A stretch of DNA of 64,000 nt. Origin: Spirochaetia bacterium (GTDB lineage: Bacteria; Spirochaetota; Spirochaetia; DSM-2461). Under the pieces are notes generated by a model. The model saw nothing but the letters and a program-made list of their open reading frames with translations, was not told where the DNA came from and did no database searches. The translations under genes were made by a program, and so were the position numbers. Location: positions 448,001 to 512,000 of the forward strand of contig CAXXIA010000001.1 in NCBI GenBank assembly GCA_963666985.2. The letters are read 5' to 3'. Positions 1 through 9,740 of the stretch are shown here, piece by piece (the stretch's first letter is position 1; each line of letters starts with the position of its first letter).

Positions 1-153
1 ATCATCGAGGCGAAGCACATGTGCATGATTATGCGCGGCGTGGAAAAGCAGCATTCCTCCATGACAACCAGTTCGGTTCTCGGAATATTCCATAAGGATC
101 TTTCCGTGAGGACCGAATTCCTGACATTGGCGGGAAGAAAAAGGGATTCATAG
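1..153 (+). CDS. folE: GTP cyclohydrolase I, 3' fragment (runs off window start)
   Basis: Frame 1 reads [30 protein letters not shown]...RTEFL then TAG at 151-153; the EAxHxCMxxRGV motif is the FolE C-terminus. Not in the ORF track. Confidence 0.9.
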   Translation: MIEAKHMCMIMRGVEKQHSSMTTSSVLGIFHKDLSVRTEFLTLAGRKRDS

Positions 154-316
154 GTTTTACGATTTTTTGGAGCGGGCCGTTTCCGACTTGCGGCCGTCCG
201 CCGGATTCCGTATGGGCCGCTTGGCCGCCGGAGGACGTTCGGCGGCCTTCGGTCGCTGCTCTTTTCAACCGAATCAAGCGCTTCCGAAGCCAAGGGTCTC
301 CAAAGCCAAGCGGCGA

Positions 317-613
317 TCAGTTCCCGCTTTCGATATTCTCTTCGTCCCGGAAAAGCTTGAGCGACCCGGCTTGAGGATTATCGTCCTTGATTTCTTCGAT
401 AAGCGCCACGGTTTGAAACGGAATCATCAGATGGTCCGATCCTCCGAATTCCCTGAGAACATCGTCTTCTCCCGGATCGATGACCAGGCGGCTTTCCTTG
501 GTAAAAACCAAATCCTTGATTGAAACGAAGTAGGGATGAGTCAAATCAAGACTTCGGGCCTTGATAATAATTTTTTTCTCTTTCCATGTGAAATGGACGC
601 GGTAAAGTGACAT
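317..613 (-). CDS. DUF1820-like protein (98 aa)
   Basis: C-terminal part of ORF 317..1309, starting MSLYRVHF at 613; contains L(V)IDPxED..xEF..S..LMIPFQTVALIEE. The upstream part of that ORF is antisense to mlaE. Confidence 0.65.
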   Translation of the reverse strand: MSLYRVHFTWKEKKIIIKARSLDLTHPYFVSIKDLVFTKESRLVIDPGEDDVLREFGGSDHLMIPFQTVALIEEIKDDNPQAGSLKLFRDEENIESGN

Positions 614-757
614 TGGGTGGATTATAGAAGTTCCTTCGGTCGGGAGTAAATATCGTCCGGCTCTTAGCGTCCGAAAGTTCGCCGAAAAGGACATTCCTTT
701 CATACCTTTACGGAAAAACAATTGAATCCTTATCCGCCGCCGCGCTACATTGAACTC

Positions 758-1540
758 ATGATTGAGGCTTTGGGAAACCGCATCAGGCAATTCTTCGCAC
801 AGATTATCTATGCCGCCGGATTCCAACGGTACCTCTTTAAAGAAACTTTTTTCTTTATCCGCAAAAGGCGCATCGGATTCCGCGTGCTTATCATGCAGAT
901 TCTCTTTACCGGGGTTGAAGCTCTTTCCATCACCTCCCTGATGTCTTTGGGACTCGGGGCCGTCATCATTATCCAGGGAAGTCAGTATTCCAATTTTCTT
1001 ACCGGAGGACTGCTCTACCGGATTCTCATCGTTGTTATCGCCCGTGAATTGGGACCGCTTCTGACGGCCTTTGTCGTTATCGCCCGATCCGGCAGTGCCA
1101 TAACCACGGAACTGGGCAACATGGTGGTGTCGCACGAGATGGAAGCCTATATGTCGGTGGGAATCCATCCGGTATCGCAGCTCGGAGTTCCCAGATTGAT
1201 CGGCGTGGCTTTTTCCATGGTGATTCTGACGGTGTATTCCAACGTCTTCGGCCTGCTCGGCTCCCTCGGTCTTTCGGCAATGCTGACCCGGGTGCGCTTC
1301 GTGGATCATTTGGCGGGACTTTTCGCCAACTTCCGCATGATGGACATCGTCTCAAGCGTTGCCAAGAGTTTTGTCTTCGGCGTTATTATCGCGGCTACAG
1401 CCGTTTACTACGGATTCAGCGTCGGCGGAGCGATAACCGAAGTCCCGGTGAAAACAATCAAATCCATCGGGATGAGCATTATTCTCTGCATCATCGCCGA
1501 CGCCATCATTATCCTTTTAACCAATATGGGGAGTTTTTGA
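758..1540 (+). CDS. mlaE: MlaE-family ABC permease
   Basis: RELGPLLTAFVVIARSGSAITTELGNMVVSHEMEA motif; ATG at 758 preferred over TTG at 722. Confidence 0.9.
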   Translation: MIEALGNRIRQFFAQIIYAAGFQRYLFKETFFFIRKRRIGFRVLIMQILFTGVEALSITSLMSLGLGAVIIIQGSQYSNFLTGGLLYRILIVVIARELGPLLTAFVVIARSGSAITTELGNMVVSHEMEAYMSVGIHPVSQLGVPRLIGVAFSMVILTVYSNVFGLLGSLGLSAMLTRVRFVDHLAGLFANFRMMDIVSSVAKSFVFGVIIAATAVYYGFSVGGAITEVPVKTIKSIGMSIILCIIADAIIILLTNMGSF

Positions 1541-2307
1541 TGTCTTCAAAACCCATAACGGAAGAGGGTCCTCTTCACGCCCCGCTTATCATGGAAAACG
1601 TCACGGTTTCTTTCGGCGGCCGCGCCGCGCTGGACGAATTGAATCTGTCTTTCAAACGCGGGGAGTGCACCATGGTGGTGGGAGGCTCGGGAAGCGGGAA
1701 ATCCCTTGCCCTCAAAGCGGCCGCCGGACTGATTGTGCCCGATGAGGGCACCGTGTATTTCGAAGGGCGATCCGTCTTTTCCATGGGAGACGCCGAATAT
1801 CAGAAAATGCAGGCGCGAACGGGTTTCCATTTTCAGGATGCGGCTCTGTGGGCGAATAAATCACTGTGGGAAAACCTTTCCCTGCCTCTTTTGGCGGTCG
1901 ATTCCACCCTTTCGGACGATTGGATCAGCACCCGAATAGACGAGGCCTTCGCTTCGGTCGGCCTGAATCTGGATTCCTCCCTCAGACCGGCCTCCATTTC
2001 CACCGGACAGCGCAAGATGATCAGTTTCCTTCGCGCCGTCATCACCGAACCGGAGATTCTTTTCCTGGACGACCCGGACTCCTTCCTCGACATGGGCAGT
2101 TTGCGAAAGCTTCTTGCGCGGGCCGTGGAATTCAAACGGCGCGGCGTTACCATCATCGTCGCCACAAATAATAAAATGATCGGAGAGGCCTTGGCCGATA
2201 CCGTCGCGGTTCTTTCGGAGGGACGCGTTGTGGCCGAAGGACCTTATCAGGATATTATGAACACGGACGATCCTGTGATCGCTCCCATCTTGCGGCATCT
2301 GGCTTAA
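1540..2307 (+). CDS. mlaF: MlaF-family ABC ATP-binding protein with degenerate catalytic motifs
   Basis: Walker A GGSGSGKS, FQDAALW Q-loop, Walker B LFLDDP; lies between mlaE and mlaD; start overlaps the mlaE stop. Confidence 0.85.
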   Translation: MSSKPITEEGPLHAPLIMENVTVSFGGRAALDELNLSFKRGECTMVVGGSGSGKSLALKAAAGLIVPDEGTVYFEGRSVFSMGDAEYQKMQARTGFHFQDAALWANKSLWENLSLPLLAVDSTLSDDWISTRIDEAFASVGLNLDSSLRPASISTGQRKMISFLRAVITEPEILFLDDPDSFLDMGSLRKLLARAVEFKRRGVTIIVATNNKMIGEALADTVAVLSEGRVVAEGPYQDIMNTDDPVIAPILRHLA

Positions 2308-2333
2308 GAGGCGGATAATGGGATGACGGTGAA

Positions 2334-3347
2334 ATGAAGTTTAAATTCAAACACGCGGATAAAATCGTCGGTCTCTTTACCCTTATCGCCCTTGTCCTTC
2401 TCGTGATTATGGCGGTGTTCGCCGGCGTGAATAAAAAATGGTTTACCAAGAAAGTTTTTTATACCAGCCTCTTTACTTCCGCCGAAGGGCTGAAAGTGGG
2501 AATGGGCGTAAACCTCCGAGGCTTTGAAATCGGCCGGGTGAAGGAAATCAGCCTCAATACCGACAATCAGGTGGATATCATTTTTTATATCTACGAAGAC
2601 TACCACGACCGCATCCTGCCCGATTCCGTGGTTGCGCTTCCCACCTCGCTGCTGGGAGCCGCGGCGGCTCTAGATTTTTATCCGGGACTCACCGAAGGAA
2701 ATCCTCTACCCGACGGCACCTATATCCCCTCCACTCAGACCGTCGACGGAAAAATGCTCGTGAAAACCCGCCGCGTGGATAAACCGGAGGGAGGAGACGC
2801 CCTTTCTGAGATTCTCTCCGATCTTCCCGCTATTCTGGACACCGTCAATTCAACCGTCGCTTCCGTCGGCGCTTTAACGGATACTTTGAAAACAGGCGTT
2901 GAAGGACGCGGCAACGCGGCTCTGGCCGGTACGGTTCGGAACATCGAGGGCATTACCGCCGATGTGCGGCAAAGTACCGGCGACTTGAATCGAATAACCG
3001 CGAATCTGGCCGCACTCACCGAAGATCCCGCCGGACTTGTTCCGACCCTGCTTGATCCGCAAGGATCTTTGGCCACGATTCTTGACGATGATGATGAGCT
3101 CTGGAATCGGATTATGGCCATCCTGGGTGAAGTGGAAGGAGCGGTTTCCGGTGTGAACGATTTGGCCTCCTCCCTTTCGGGGGTGAGCCCGCAGCTGGCC
3201 CTGGCCCTCGACGAGACCATCCGGGCCCTGGAAGACGCCCAAAAAGTCATGGAAGGACTCCGGAATAACCCCCTCTTGAAGAAAGGAATCAGTCCCGAAA
3301 CCGCGCCGGAGAATCCGGGAACCGATATGAGAACGGAGGAATTCTAA
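2334..3347 (+). CDS. mlaD: MlaD/MCE-domain protein with long helical C-terminus
   Basis: N-terminal TM helix followed by AEGLKVGMGVNLRGFEIGRVKEI (MCE motif). Confidence 0.9.
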   Translation: MKFKFKHADKIVGLFTLIALVLLVIMAVFAGVNKKWFTKKVFYTSLFTSAEGLKVGMGVNLRGFEIGRVKEISLNTDNQVDIIFYIYEDYHDRILPDSVVALPTSLLGAAAALDFYPGLTEGNPLPDGTYIPSTQTVDGKMLVKTRRVDKPEGGDALSEILSDLPAILDTVNSTVASVGALTDTLKTGVEGRGNAALAGTVRNIEGITADVRQSTGDLNRITANLAALTEDPAGLVPTLLDPQGSLATILDDDDELWNRIMAILGEVEGAVSGVNDLASSLSGVSPQLALALDETIRALEDAQKVMEGLRNNPLLKKGISPETAPENPGTDMRTEEF

Positions 3348-3348
3348 G

Positions 3349-4413
3349 GTGATCAGCGAAGCCGGAATCCGAATGCCCTGCCCAAACCGCCCAGGCCGCA
3401 CCATGCGAACTCAGGCGGCCCCCGTCTCGCCGCGCCATTGCGCCCGTGTTCTTTCCCCTGCCTCTTATCGCCGCGCTTCCGAGGAGGCGCGGATCGGAGG
3501 GCGGACCGCGTTTTTCCGCAACCGGCGCCTGTTCGCCGCCGGCGCCTTTCTGCTTCTCGCCGTGCTGGCCTCTTGTTCCACCAAGCCCAAAGAACCCGAA
3601 GAAATCATTACACGCCGCAAGCAGGCCGATTCCCTTATGACTCAGGGCCATGAGCGAACCGACGAGCTGGCCTACGATATCGCGCGCAACTCCTATAATA
3701 CCGCCCTCGGCATCTACGCCTCCCTGGATTACCGGGAAGGCACCGTTGCCGCCCTTTTGGCCCTGGGCCGCAACAGCCGGATGACGGGAAACACGGCCGC
3801 CGCCGAAGAACTGTTCGATCATGCCGAATCCTTGGCCGCCGGTCTTGATAATCCGCGCATCATGCGGGATGTGCTGAACCATAAAGCCGACCTTGCCCTG
3901 CGCACCGGCGATCCGGTGGCGGCGGCCGCGTATCTTGAAGATTCCTCCGCATCGGGCGAAAAGCCGTCTTCCGCCGTTTCAAACGGCCGCGAGCGGGCAG
4001 CCCAGCTGCGGCTTCTCGGCACCGCCCGCCATGCCATGGGCGAAGATGAGGATGCTCAAAACCTTCTTCTGCAGTCCGCCGGCGTCGCCGAGGCGGCCGA
4101 TGAAAAGGTTGAGGCCGCCCAGTCTTACTATAAGCTGGCTTCCGTCGCCTCTCTTGACGCCCGCTTCGATGAAGCCCTCTCCTGGGCGGCCAAGGCCCTT
4201 TCTTCGGATAAAGAGGCCGAATACCGTCCGGGCATCGCGGCGGACTTGCGGGCCCTGGCCATAATTTCCGCCAAGGCCGGAGATAAAGCGGCCGCCGAGG
4301 ACTATTTCCGGCGTTCCTGGCTTGCCTGGAGGGGACTCGGACGCCTTGAAGATGCCGAATCGGCCCGCTTGGAGCTGGAAGAACTCACAGGCCGCCCCGT
4401 AACGGTTCCCTGA
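3349..4413 (+). CDS. TPR-repeat lipoprotein (start uncertain)
   Basis: Lipobox LLAVLASC; Ala/Leu-rich helical repeats (AQSYYKLASVA, AEDYFRRS). Confidence 0.7.
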   Translation: MISEAGIRMPCPNRPGRTMRTQAAPVSPRHCARVLSPASYRRASEEARIGGRTAFFRNRRLFAAGAFLLLAVLASCSTKPKEPEEIITRRKQADSLMTQGHERTDELAYDIARNSYNTALGIYASLDYREGTVAALLALGRNSRMTGNTAAAEELFDHAESLAAGLDNPRIMRDVLNHKADLALRTGDPVAAAAYLEDSSASGEKPSSAVSNGRERAAQLRLLGTARHAMGEDEDAQNLLLQSAGVAEAADEKVEAAQSYYKLASVASLDARFDEALSWAAKALSSDKEAEYRPGIAADLRALAIISAKAGDKAAAEDYFRRSWLAWRGLGRLEDAESARLELEELTGRPVTVP

Positions 4414-4436
4414 CAAGCCGCCGGAGTTTCGCGGGA

Positions 4437-5030
4437 ATGATGAATCCGATCTTCGTCCTACTGCTGATTACAGTCCCGATACTGATTCTTGCCATCGTCC
4501 GAAGAAAGCGGGAACATCAGGATTCTTTGTCGGAAACGCCGGAAAAGAATGAATCACCAATGGAAGGGGAAGCACCCGAAGAGTTTTTCGAGTCCACACC
4601 CAACGATCGATTTTTTGAACATATCGATGATTTTTCGAACGTTATCCCTCTGGTCCGTACATATGGCGCGAACGACAAATACATGATTCAGTCCATTCTG
4701 GACGCGAATGGAATCCCTTCGTATTTGTCTCCGCAATACGTCAATAATCTTCTTCCCGGCGTCCGGATGAAATTTCACACCGACTCCATCATCTCTATCG
4801 ATGCGGAGGATAAAATTGAGGCGGTTATTCTGGTTCTGGAATATCTGGAATCCATTTCTCCGGAAAATGTTCCCTCATACCGTTCCGTTTCCGCCTCTCT
4901 GTACAACGCCGTCGCCTTTCTGCATGCCATGCCCGCGGCCAACGAGGGGTATCGTCCGGAACTGCTCATCGATATGGATGAACTTGTGGCGGAAATGGAA
5001 GAGAGGGCGGGCGGATCGGCGGGAAGTTAA
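4437..5030 (+). CDS. Membrane-anchored DUF2007-like protein
   Basis: N-terminal TM helix; MIQSILDANGIPSYL resembles the DUF2007 core. Confidence 0.55.
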   Translation: MMNPIFVLLLITVPILILAIVRRKREHQDSLSETPEKNESPMEGEAPEEFFESTPNDRFFEHIDDFSNVIPLVRTYGANDKYMIQSILDANGIPSYLSPQYVNNLLPGVRMKFHTDSIISIDAEDKIEAVILVLEYLESISPENVPSYRSVSASLYNAVAFLHAMPAANEGYRPELLIDMDELVAEMEERAGGSAGS

Positions 5031-5114
5031 GAACTTTCCCGACAATTTATCCATGATTCTTGGCAACGATTACGCGCCGCGTTAGTCTATATGCAAGGAA
5101 TTAAGGAGTCCATT

Positions 5115-6641
5115 ATGAAGCGTTTCGTTCTCTCTCTCTTCATCGCTTTTATCGCGATTGCATCGGTTTCGGCCGAGTCGATTCTTGATGATCTTTTTTC
5201 GGCGGCCGACGCTGTGGCATCCGATACGGCGCGAATCTTGGATGAAGACGGAGATTTGCTGATCGCGGGAGTTTCGTATGATGGGCGTTTCATCAAACTG
5301 GGAGATCTTTTCGCCGATCTGACGGCCAACAGGCTCGCGGGACACGGCGGATTTCGGCCCCGTGTCGTTAAGCACTATACCTCTCTTCAATATCGGCCGG
5401 ATCAGGCTAAATGGTTTATGAGCGCGGCTTTATATCAAATTGAAAACCGCTTTCTTCTCAATGTGTTTCTTGAGAATGACGAGAGACAGATTAAAGGGTG
5501 GGAAATCATCCTGGAAGGCGACGGGATGAATGATCTTTTGACGCCTTCCTTGCTGCAAACCGCCGGTTCCTGGGATGCCTTCGAACCGAACAACAGCATA
5601 TCGGAAGCCTCCGCCGTTCAGCTTCCCTTGGTGGACGTTCCGATGTCGCTCTCTTCCGGAGATGAAGACTGGTTCGCCATTGATGTTCCCGAGGGGGCGA
5701 ATACACTGTTTCTGGAAGCCAAAACGGGCGGAATGATGGATACGTACATGGAATTGTACGCTCCGGGTGAAACGGATTGGGCGCGGGTGGAAGATGACGA
5801 TACCGACGGTTCCAACGCATTGATTCAATATCCTTTGAACGAGAGCGGTACCTGGTATTTGATGGTCCGCGGCTATTCGTCCGAAGAGGAAGGGGATTAC
5901 ACGCTGAGCGTCGGTCTTGAAGAGCGCACGCTTGGGCCCGATGAACCCGACGAGGGAACGGACGATGCGGGAGAGCTCGGTATCGGTGAAGAACCGCTTT
6001 CGAAGCGAATCGATTACGCCAACGACGAAGATTGGTTCCGGATCGATTTGGACCGTCCCCTGCTGCGCGACGAGGTTCTCCGCATCGAAACCTTCGGCGG
6101 CATGGACTTAATGCTGACTCTTCTGGATGAATACGAGGGGCATATTCTGGACGATGATGATTCGGGTGAAGACAATAATGCCATGATTATGGCCGGCTCT
6201 CTGGAAGCGGGAATTTATTACGCGATTGTTTCCAGCTATTCCGGCGAATCGGGTCCTTATCAAATTGCCGCAAGTATCACCATCCCCGTAAAGGATGAAT
6301 TCGAGAACGACAACAGCATGATCAGTGCTTCGGAAATTGAAGTCGACGGAGAGAGGCAGCAAAGAAACTTCTCACCAATCGGTGATGAGGATTGGGTGGC
6401 TTTCACCGTTGATTCTCAGGGAACATATGTAATGGAAACCGCCGGGAATATTGATACGTACATGGAACTCTACGACGAGGACGGGGTGATGATGGAGGAA
6501 AATGATGATTCCGATGTGGACAGCAATGCCCGAATCGAGAAATCCCTTCCTCCGGGGCGTTATATCATGCACATAACGCCTTATGGTTCCGCGAGTCCGG
6601 ATGAAACCTATTTTCTATCGGTTGAATCGAGCGGGAAATAG
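5115..6641 (+). CDS. Secreted acidic protein with three PPC-like (pre-peptidase C-terminal) repeats
   Basis: RBS AAGGAG, signal peptide MKRFVLSLF...VSA; three units of DEDW[FV]..D(TYMEL/LMLTL)..DDD...NA.I...L..G.Y. Confidence 0.75.
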   Translation: MKRFVLSLFIAFIAIASVSAESILDDLFSAADAVASDTARILDEDGDLLIAGVSYDGRFIKLGDLFADLTANRLAGHGGFRPRVVKHYTSLQYRPDQAKWFMSAALYQIENRFLLNVFLENDERQIKGWEIILEGDGMNDLLTPSLLQTAGSWDAFEPNNSISEASAVQLPLVDVPMSLSSGDEDWFAIDVPEGANTLFLEAKTGGMMDTYMELYAPGETDWARVEDDDTDGSNALIQYPLNESGTWYLMVRGYSSEEEGDYTLSVGLEERTLGPDEPDEGTDDAGELGIGEEPLSKRIDYANDEDWFRIDLDRPLLRDEVLRIETFGGMDLMLTLLDEYEGHILDDDDSGEDNNAMIMAGSLEAGIYYAIVSSYSGESGPYQIAASITIPVKDEFENDNSMISASEIEVDGERQQRNFSPIGDEDWVAFTVDSQGTYVMETAGNIDTYMELYDEDGVMMEENDDSDVDSNARIEKSLPPGRYIMHITPYGSASPDETYFLSVESSGK

Positions 6642-6660
6642 CCCCGGTTTCAATATCGAC

Positions 6661-6692
6661 AAAAAAGGCTGCCGTAACGGGCAGTCTTTTTT
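6661..6692. terminator. Bidirectional intrinsic terminator
   Basis: A6-GGCTGCC-loop-GGCAGTC-T6 between convergent genes. Confidence 0.8.
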
Positions 6693-6703
6693 GTTCGTAT
6701 GAT

Positions 6704-7234
6704 TTATTCCGCGATTCGAACCCATTTTACGAGTACGGAACGTCCGTCAACCTCCACAACGCCTTTAAACAGCTCCGTTGTTGAAGTGACATTCCCGAAT
6801 TGCCATTCGTTTGTGCGATATTTTTCTTCGGTCATGTCTTCATCGTCGCTTTGGTAAAACATAAAAAGAACGGAACCGCCGATTTTCAGATCATCATCTT
6901 GGGCTTTCCGTGACGGCAGAACGATATGCGTCCAGTCTTTTTTTCCGTTCGCGAACATCACTTCGGCCTGATTCGCCGTCGCCGAAGACGGTTCTGTAAG
7001 AATGAGAGCCGGCAGATAATAGGCTTCTTTTTTGGACGCGTCTTTGCTGACCGAACAAAGAACCTCTTTGTCCCGAAAATCGACTTCGTCTTTGATCGCG
7101 CCGGTTGCTGTTCCGGAAGATGAATCGGAAATCTTTCCGGAGAGACTTGAGACACCTTGTTCCAGATCGGAGAATGTTTCACAAGATGCAATTAACAAGG
7201 AGCTGAATAGAATAAAAACGATAATTTTTTTCAC
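6704..7234 (-). CDS. Hypothetical lipoprotein
   Basis: GTG at 7234 with AGGAGGA upstream; signal KKIIVFILFSSLLIASC. Confidence 0.75.
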   Translation of the reverse strand: MKKIIVFILFSSLLIASCETFSDLEQGVSSLSGKISDSSSGTATGAIKDEVDFRDKEVLCSVSKDASKKEAYYLPALILTEPSSATANQAEVMFANGKKDWTHIVLPSRKAQDDDLKIGGSVLFMFYQSDDEDMTEEKYRTNEWQFGNVTSTTELFKGVVEVDGRSVLVKWVRIAE

Positions 7235-7366
7235 TTTTATCCTCCTTGTGGATGAATTTAAGTATATGAAGATTTTTTTCTTTTGAAACAAACGGATCGT
7301 ATGAATGCGCCGATCAGCCGTGAAAGGTTCTTTTCGAACCGCACATGCCCGGTTTCTCCCGGTTTT

Positions 7367-8356
7367 TTACAGATTCGCGGTTACCGATCCGGGAACAGCC
7401 TTTTCCATCGTATCGAAGCTGATGAATTTTCGAATATCGAAATCTTCTTTGAGTTTGCCCGATTCGATGAGGAATTGAGCGATGGAATCGAACGAATCCA
7501 GTTGGATTTGCGTAAAGCCGACTCTGAAATTTTGTCCCGGAATTGCCTTTTCGAACATTCCCGCATCTCCGGACACGGCGTCCGCCACGATTTGAGCCGC
7601 TTGTGAAACATTTTCGCCGATCATTTTGCTCGCCGAATCGTAGGCGCGTACGACTTTTTTGATCGTCTCCTGATTTTCTTTTGCCCAATCGGCTCTTGCG
7701 ATCAAATAAGTGGCCATAGTCTCCAAAACGGCCGAATCGTCGGCGAGAATTTTAAGATTCGGATCGTCTTCGGCTTCCTGTGTTCCGCTCAGCCAGACCC
7801 ACGCGGCTTGAATATCATCGGCTCTCAGCGCGCCGACCATCTCAAAGAGACCGGAGAAAGGAATCAGTTTTACTTCATCGGGATCGATGCCGTTCTGTGC
7901 AAGATATTTTACGGTAACCAGATGTTCGGATGTTCCCTCTACGTATCCGATCTTTTTCCCCGCGAGATCGGAAGGTGAATTGATTTCGTTGCGAACGGCC
8001 AGGGAGTGGAATCCCGGAGAGGGTTCCGCGATACAGGCGACAACCCGCATTTCTTCGGCGGCTGTGGCGGCAAGGTTGAGTACCGCGAAGTCCAATGCCG
8101 GTCCGAGATCCGCTTGCCGGGTAATAACGGCGTTGATCGCGTCGATCCCGGTTCCGAAAAGAGACACTTCCGCCTTCAATCCTTCCTCGGCAAAGTATCC
8201 TTTTTCCTCGGCAACCCAGGACTGGGCACCGAGTATAAAACCGTCGGAAGCGAACCGTACGGTTTCCGTTTCGCCGGTATCCTGCCTTCCGCCCGCAAAA
8301 GCAAACGCTGAAATAAGAATGAGCGGTAAAAAGAAAAGAAGTCGTTTATGAATCAT
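7367..8356 (-). CDS. SsuA/TauA/NMT1-family ABC substrate-binding protein (orphan)
   Basis: VAEEKGYFAEEGL and DLAGKKIGYVEGT motifs; signal peptide. Confidence 0.85.
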   Translation of the reverse strand: MIHKRLLFFLPLILISAFAFAGGRQDTGETETVRFASDGFILGAQSWVAEEKGYFAEEGLKAEVSLFGTGIDAINAVITRQADLGPALDFAVLNLAATAAEEMRVVACIAEPSPGFHSLAVRNEINSPSDLAGKKIGYVEGTSEHLVTVKYLAQNGIDPDEVKLIPFSGLFEMVGALRADDIQAAWVWLSGTQEAEDDPNLKILADDSAVLETMATYLIARADWAKENQETIKKVVRAYDSASKMIGENVSQAAQIVADAVSGDAGMFEKAIPGQNFRVGFTQIQLDSFDSIAQFLIESGKLKEDFDIRKFISFDTMEKAVPGSVTANL

Positions 8357-8470
8357 AGAGAACCCCTTTACTTCAAGAGTGATGCAAATAACCGGAGATT
8401 TCCTTAATAATGAACATTTTTGCGAGTTTTCTTCACTGCGGTATCAGGCGCGCCGTTGAATACGGAATGC

Positions 8471-9733
8471 TTATTTCTCGGTATTTATGCTTCTCACGTC
8501 ATTGCCGCTTGGAGATTGGAAGGCTTTCAGTCCGAATTCCGCCAAAGAGGCGAAAAGATGGTCGAAAATATCGGCTTGAATCGTTTCATAATTCACCCAA
8601 ACGATATCGCGGCTGAAAAGATAGAGTTCGAGAGGCAGTCCTTCCGGGCCGCTTTGAAGCTGACGGACCATAATCGTCATATCCTCATGAACTTGGGGAT
8701 GGGCGGTTACATAGGCTTTTGCGTAAGCTCTGAAGACTCCGACGTTGGTCATGGCTCGTCCGTTCAGCGGACTGGCGGTTCGATCGATCCCTTTCCGATC
8801 ATTATAGCTTCGAATCTCCTCGCCGCGTTCTTCAAGGTAGGGTGCGAGAAGCTGTATTTTTTTCCAGCGTTCGATTTCTTGTTTTTCGGCAAATCTGATG
8901 GTGTTCATATCGAGAGAAAGGGAGCGTTTAATGCGTCTTCCGCCGGCTTCGTTCATTCCTCTCCAGTTTTTAAAGCCGCTTGTGGTGAGCTGCTGAATGG
9001 GAAACGTTACATAGGTTTTGTCCCAGTTCCGTACCGTAACGTTTAAGAGATTGATATCGATCACATCTCCGTCGGCGCCGGCCGAAGGCACTTCAATCCA
9101 GTCCCCGATGCGCACCATGTCGTTGGACGAGATTTGGAATCCCGAGACGAGTCCCATCAGGGGATCTTTGAAAATCAGCATAAGAACGGCCGAGAGGGCG
9201 CCGAGTCCGGCCATAAGGCCGCTGACCGGCTTTTTGGTGATAACCGAAAACGCCAGAATAACGGCCGCTACGATGACAAGAACCTGTACGGCCTGAATAA
9301 TCCCTTTAATGGGGCGTCTTTTTGCGTCTTCGCGTCTGCTGTAGATTGCGTTTACGGCGCTGAGGGTTCTGGTAATCGCCATGGCTACCAGCAGAATCAT
9401 CAGAAGTACCATCAGGCCCCGTATGATTGAAAGAAGAATGGGAAGGCCTGTCAGAACGGCCGGGCAGAGGAACCAGATCATGACCGTCGGGATGATTTGT
9501 ATTACCTGCTGAAAAACGCCTTTATCGAAGAGTTCGTCGTCCCATGTCGTTTTGGTGCGTCTGATAAGGCGTTCGAAAGCTTTCAGCGCGATTTTGGCGG
9601 TGATCCACCACACAATCAGCGCGGCGAGGATTACTCCGATTCCCATAACGGTACGGGAAAGAATCCCCGACCAGAGGGAATCGATGTTCCAGCTTTCCAG
9701 AAGTGTTTCCAAATGTCCGAGCAGCTTTTCCAT
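8471..9733 (-). CDS. MscS-family (YbdG/MscM-like) mechanosensitive channel
   Basis: DMVRIGDWIEVP..ADGDVIDI, NWRGM..AGGRRIKRS, GLPLELYLF. Confidence 0.9.
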   Translation of the reverse strand: MEKLLGHLETLLESWNIDSLWSGILSRTVMGIGVILAALIVWWITAKIALKAFERLIRRTKTTWDDELFDKGVFQQVIQIIPTVMIWFLCPAVLTGLPILLSIIRGLMVLLMILLVAMAITRTLSAVNAIYSRREDAKRRPIKGIIQAVQVLVIVAAVILAFSVITKKPVSGLMAGLGALSAVLMLIFKDPLMGLVSGFQISSNDMVRIGDWIEVPSAGADGDVIDINLLNVTVRNWDKTYVTFPIQQLTTSGFKNWRGMNEAGGRRIKRSLSLDMNTIRFAEKQEIERWKKIQLLAPYLEERGEEIRSYNDRKGIDRTASPLNGRAMTNVGVFRAYAKAYVTAHPQVHEDMTIMVRQLQSGPEGLPLELYLFSRDIVWVNYETIQADIFDHLFASLAEFGLKAFQSPSGNDVRSINTEK

Positions 9734-9740
9734 AGATTCT

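Noticed and set aside
154..316. GC-rich hairpins between folE and DUF1820, with an 11-bp match (CCGAATCAAGC) to the MITE interior
   Set aside because: Match too short, no TIRs; an ordinary convergent-gene structure is sufficient.
614..1309. N-terminal extension of ORF 317..1309
   Set aside because: Antisense to mlaE; the real gene starts at 613.
700..4413. C-rich plus strand here versus G-rich polA, suggesting a GC-skew switch or inversion
   Set aside because: The pattern is inconsistent across the window and cannot be quantified by eye.
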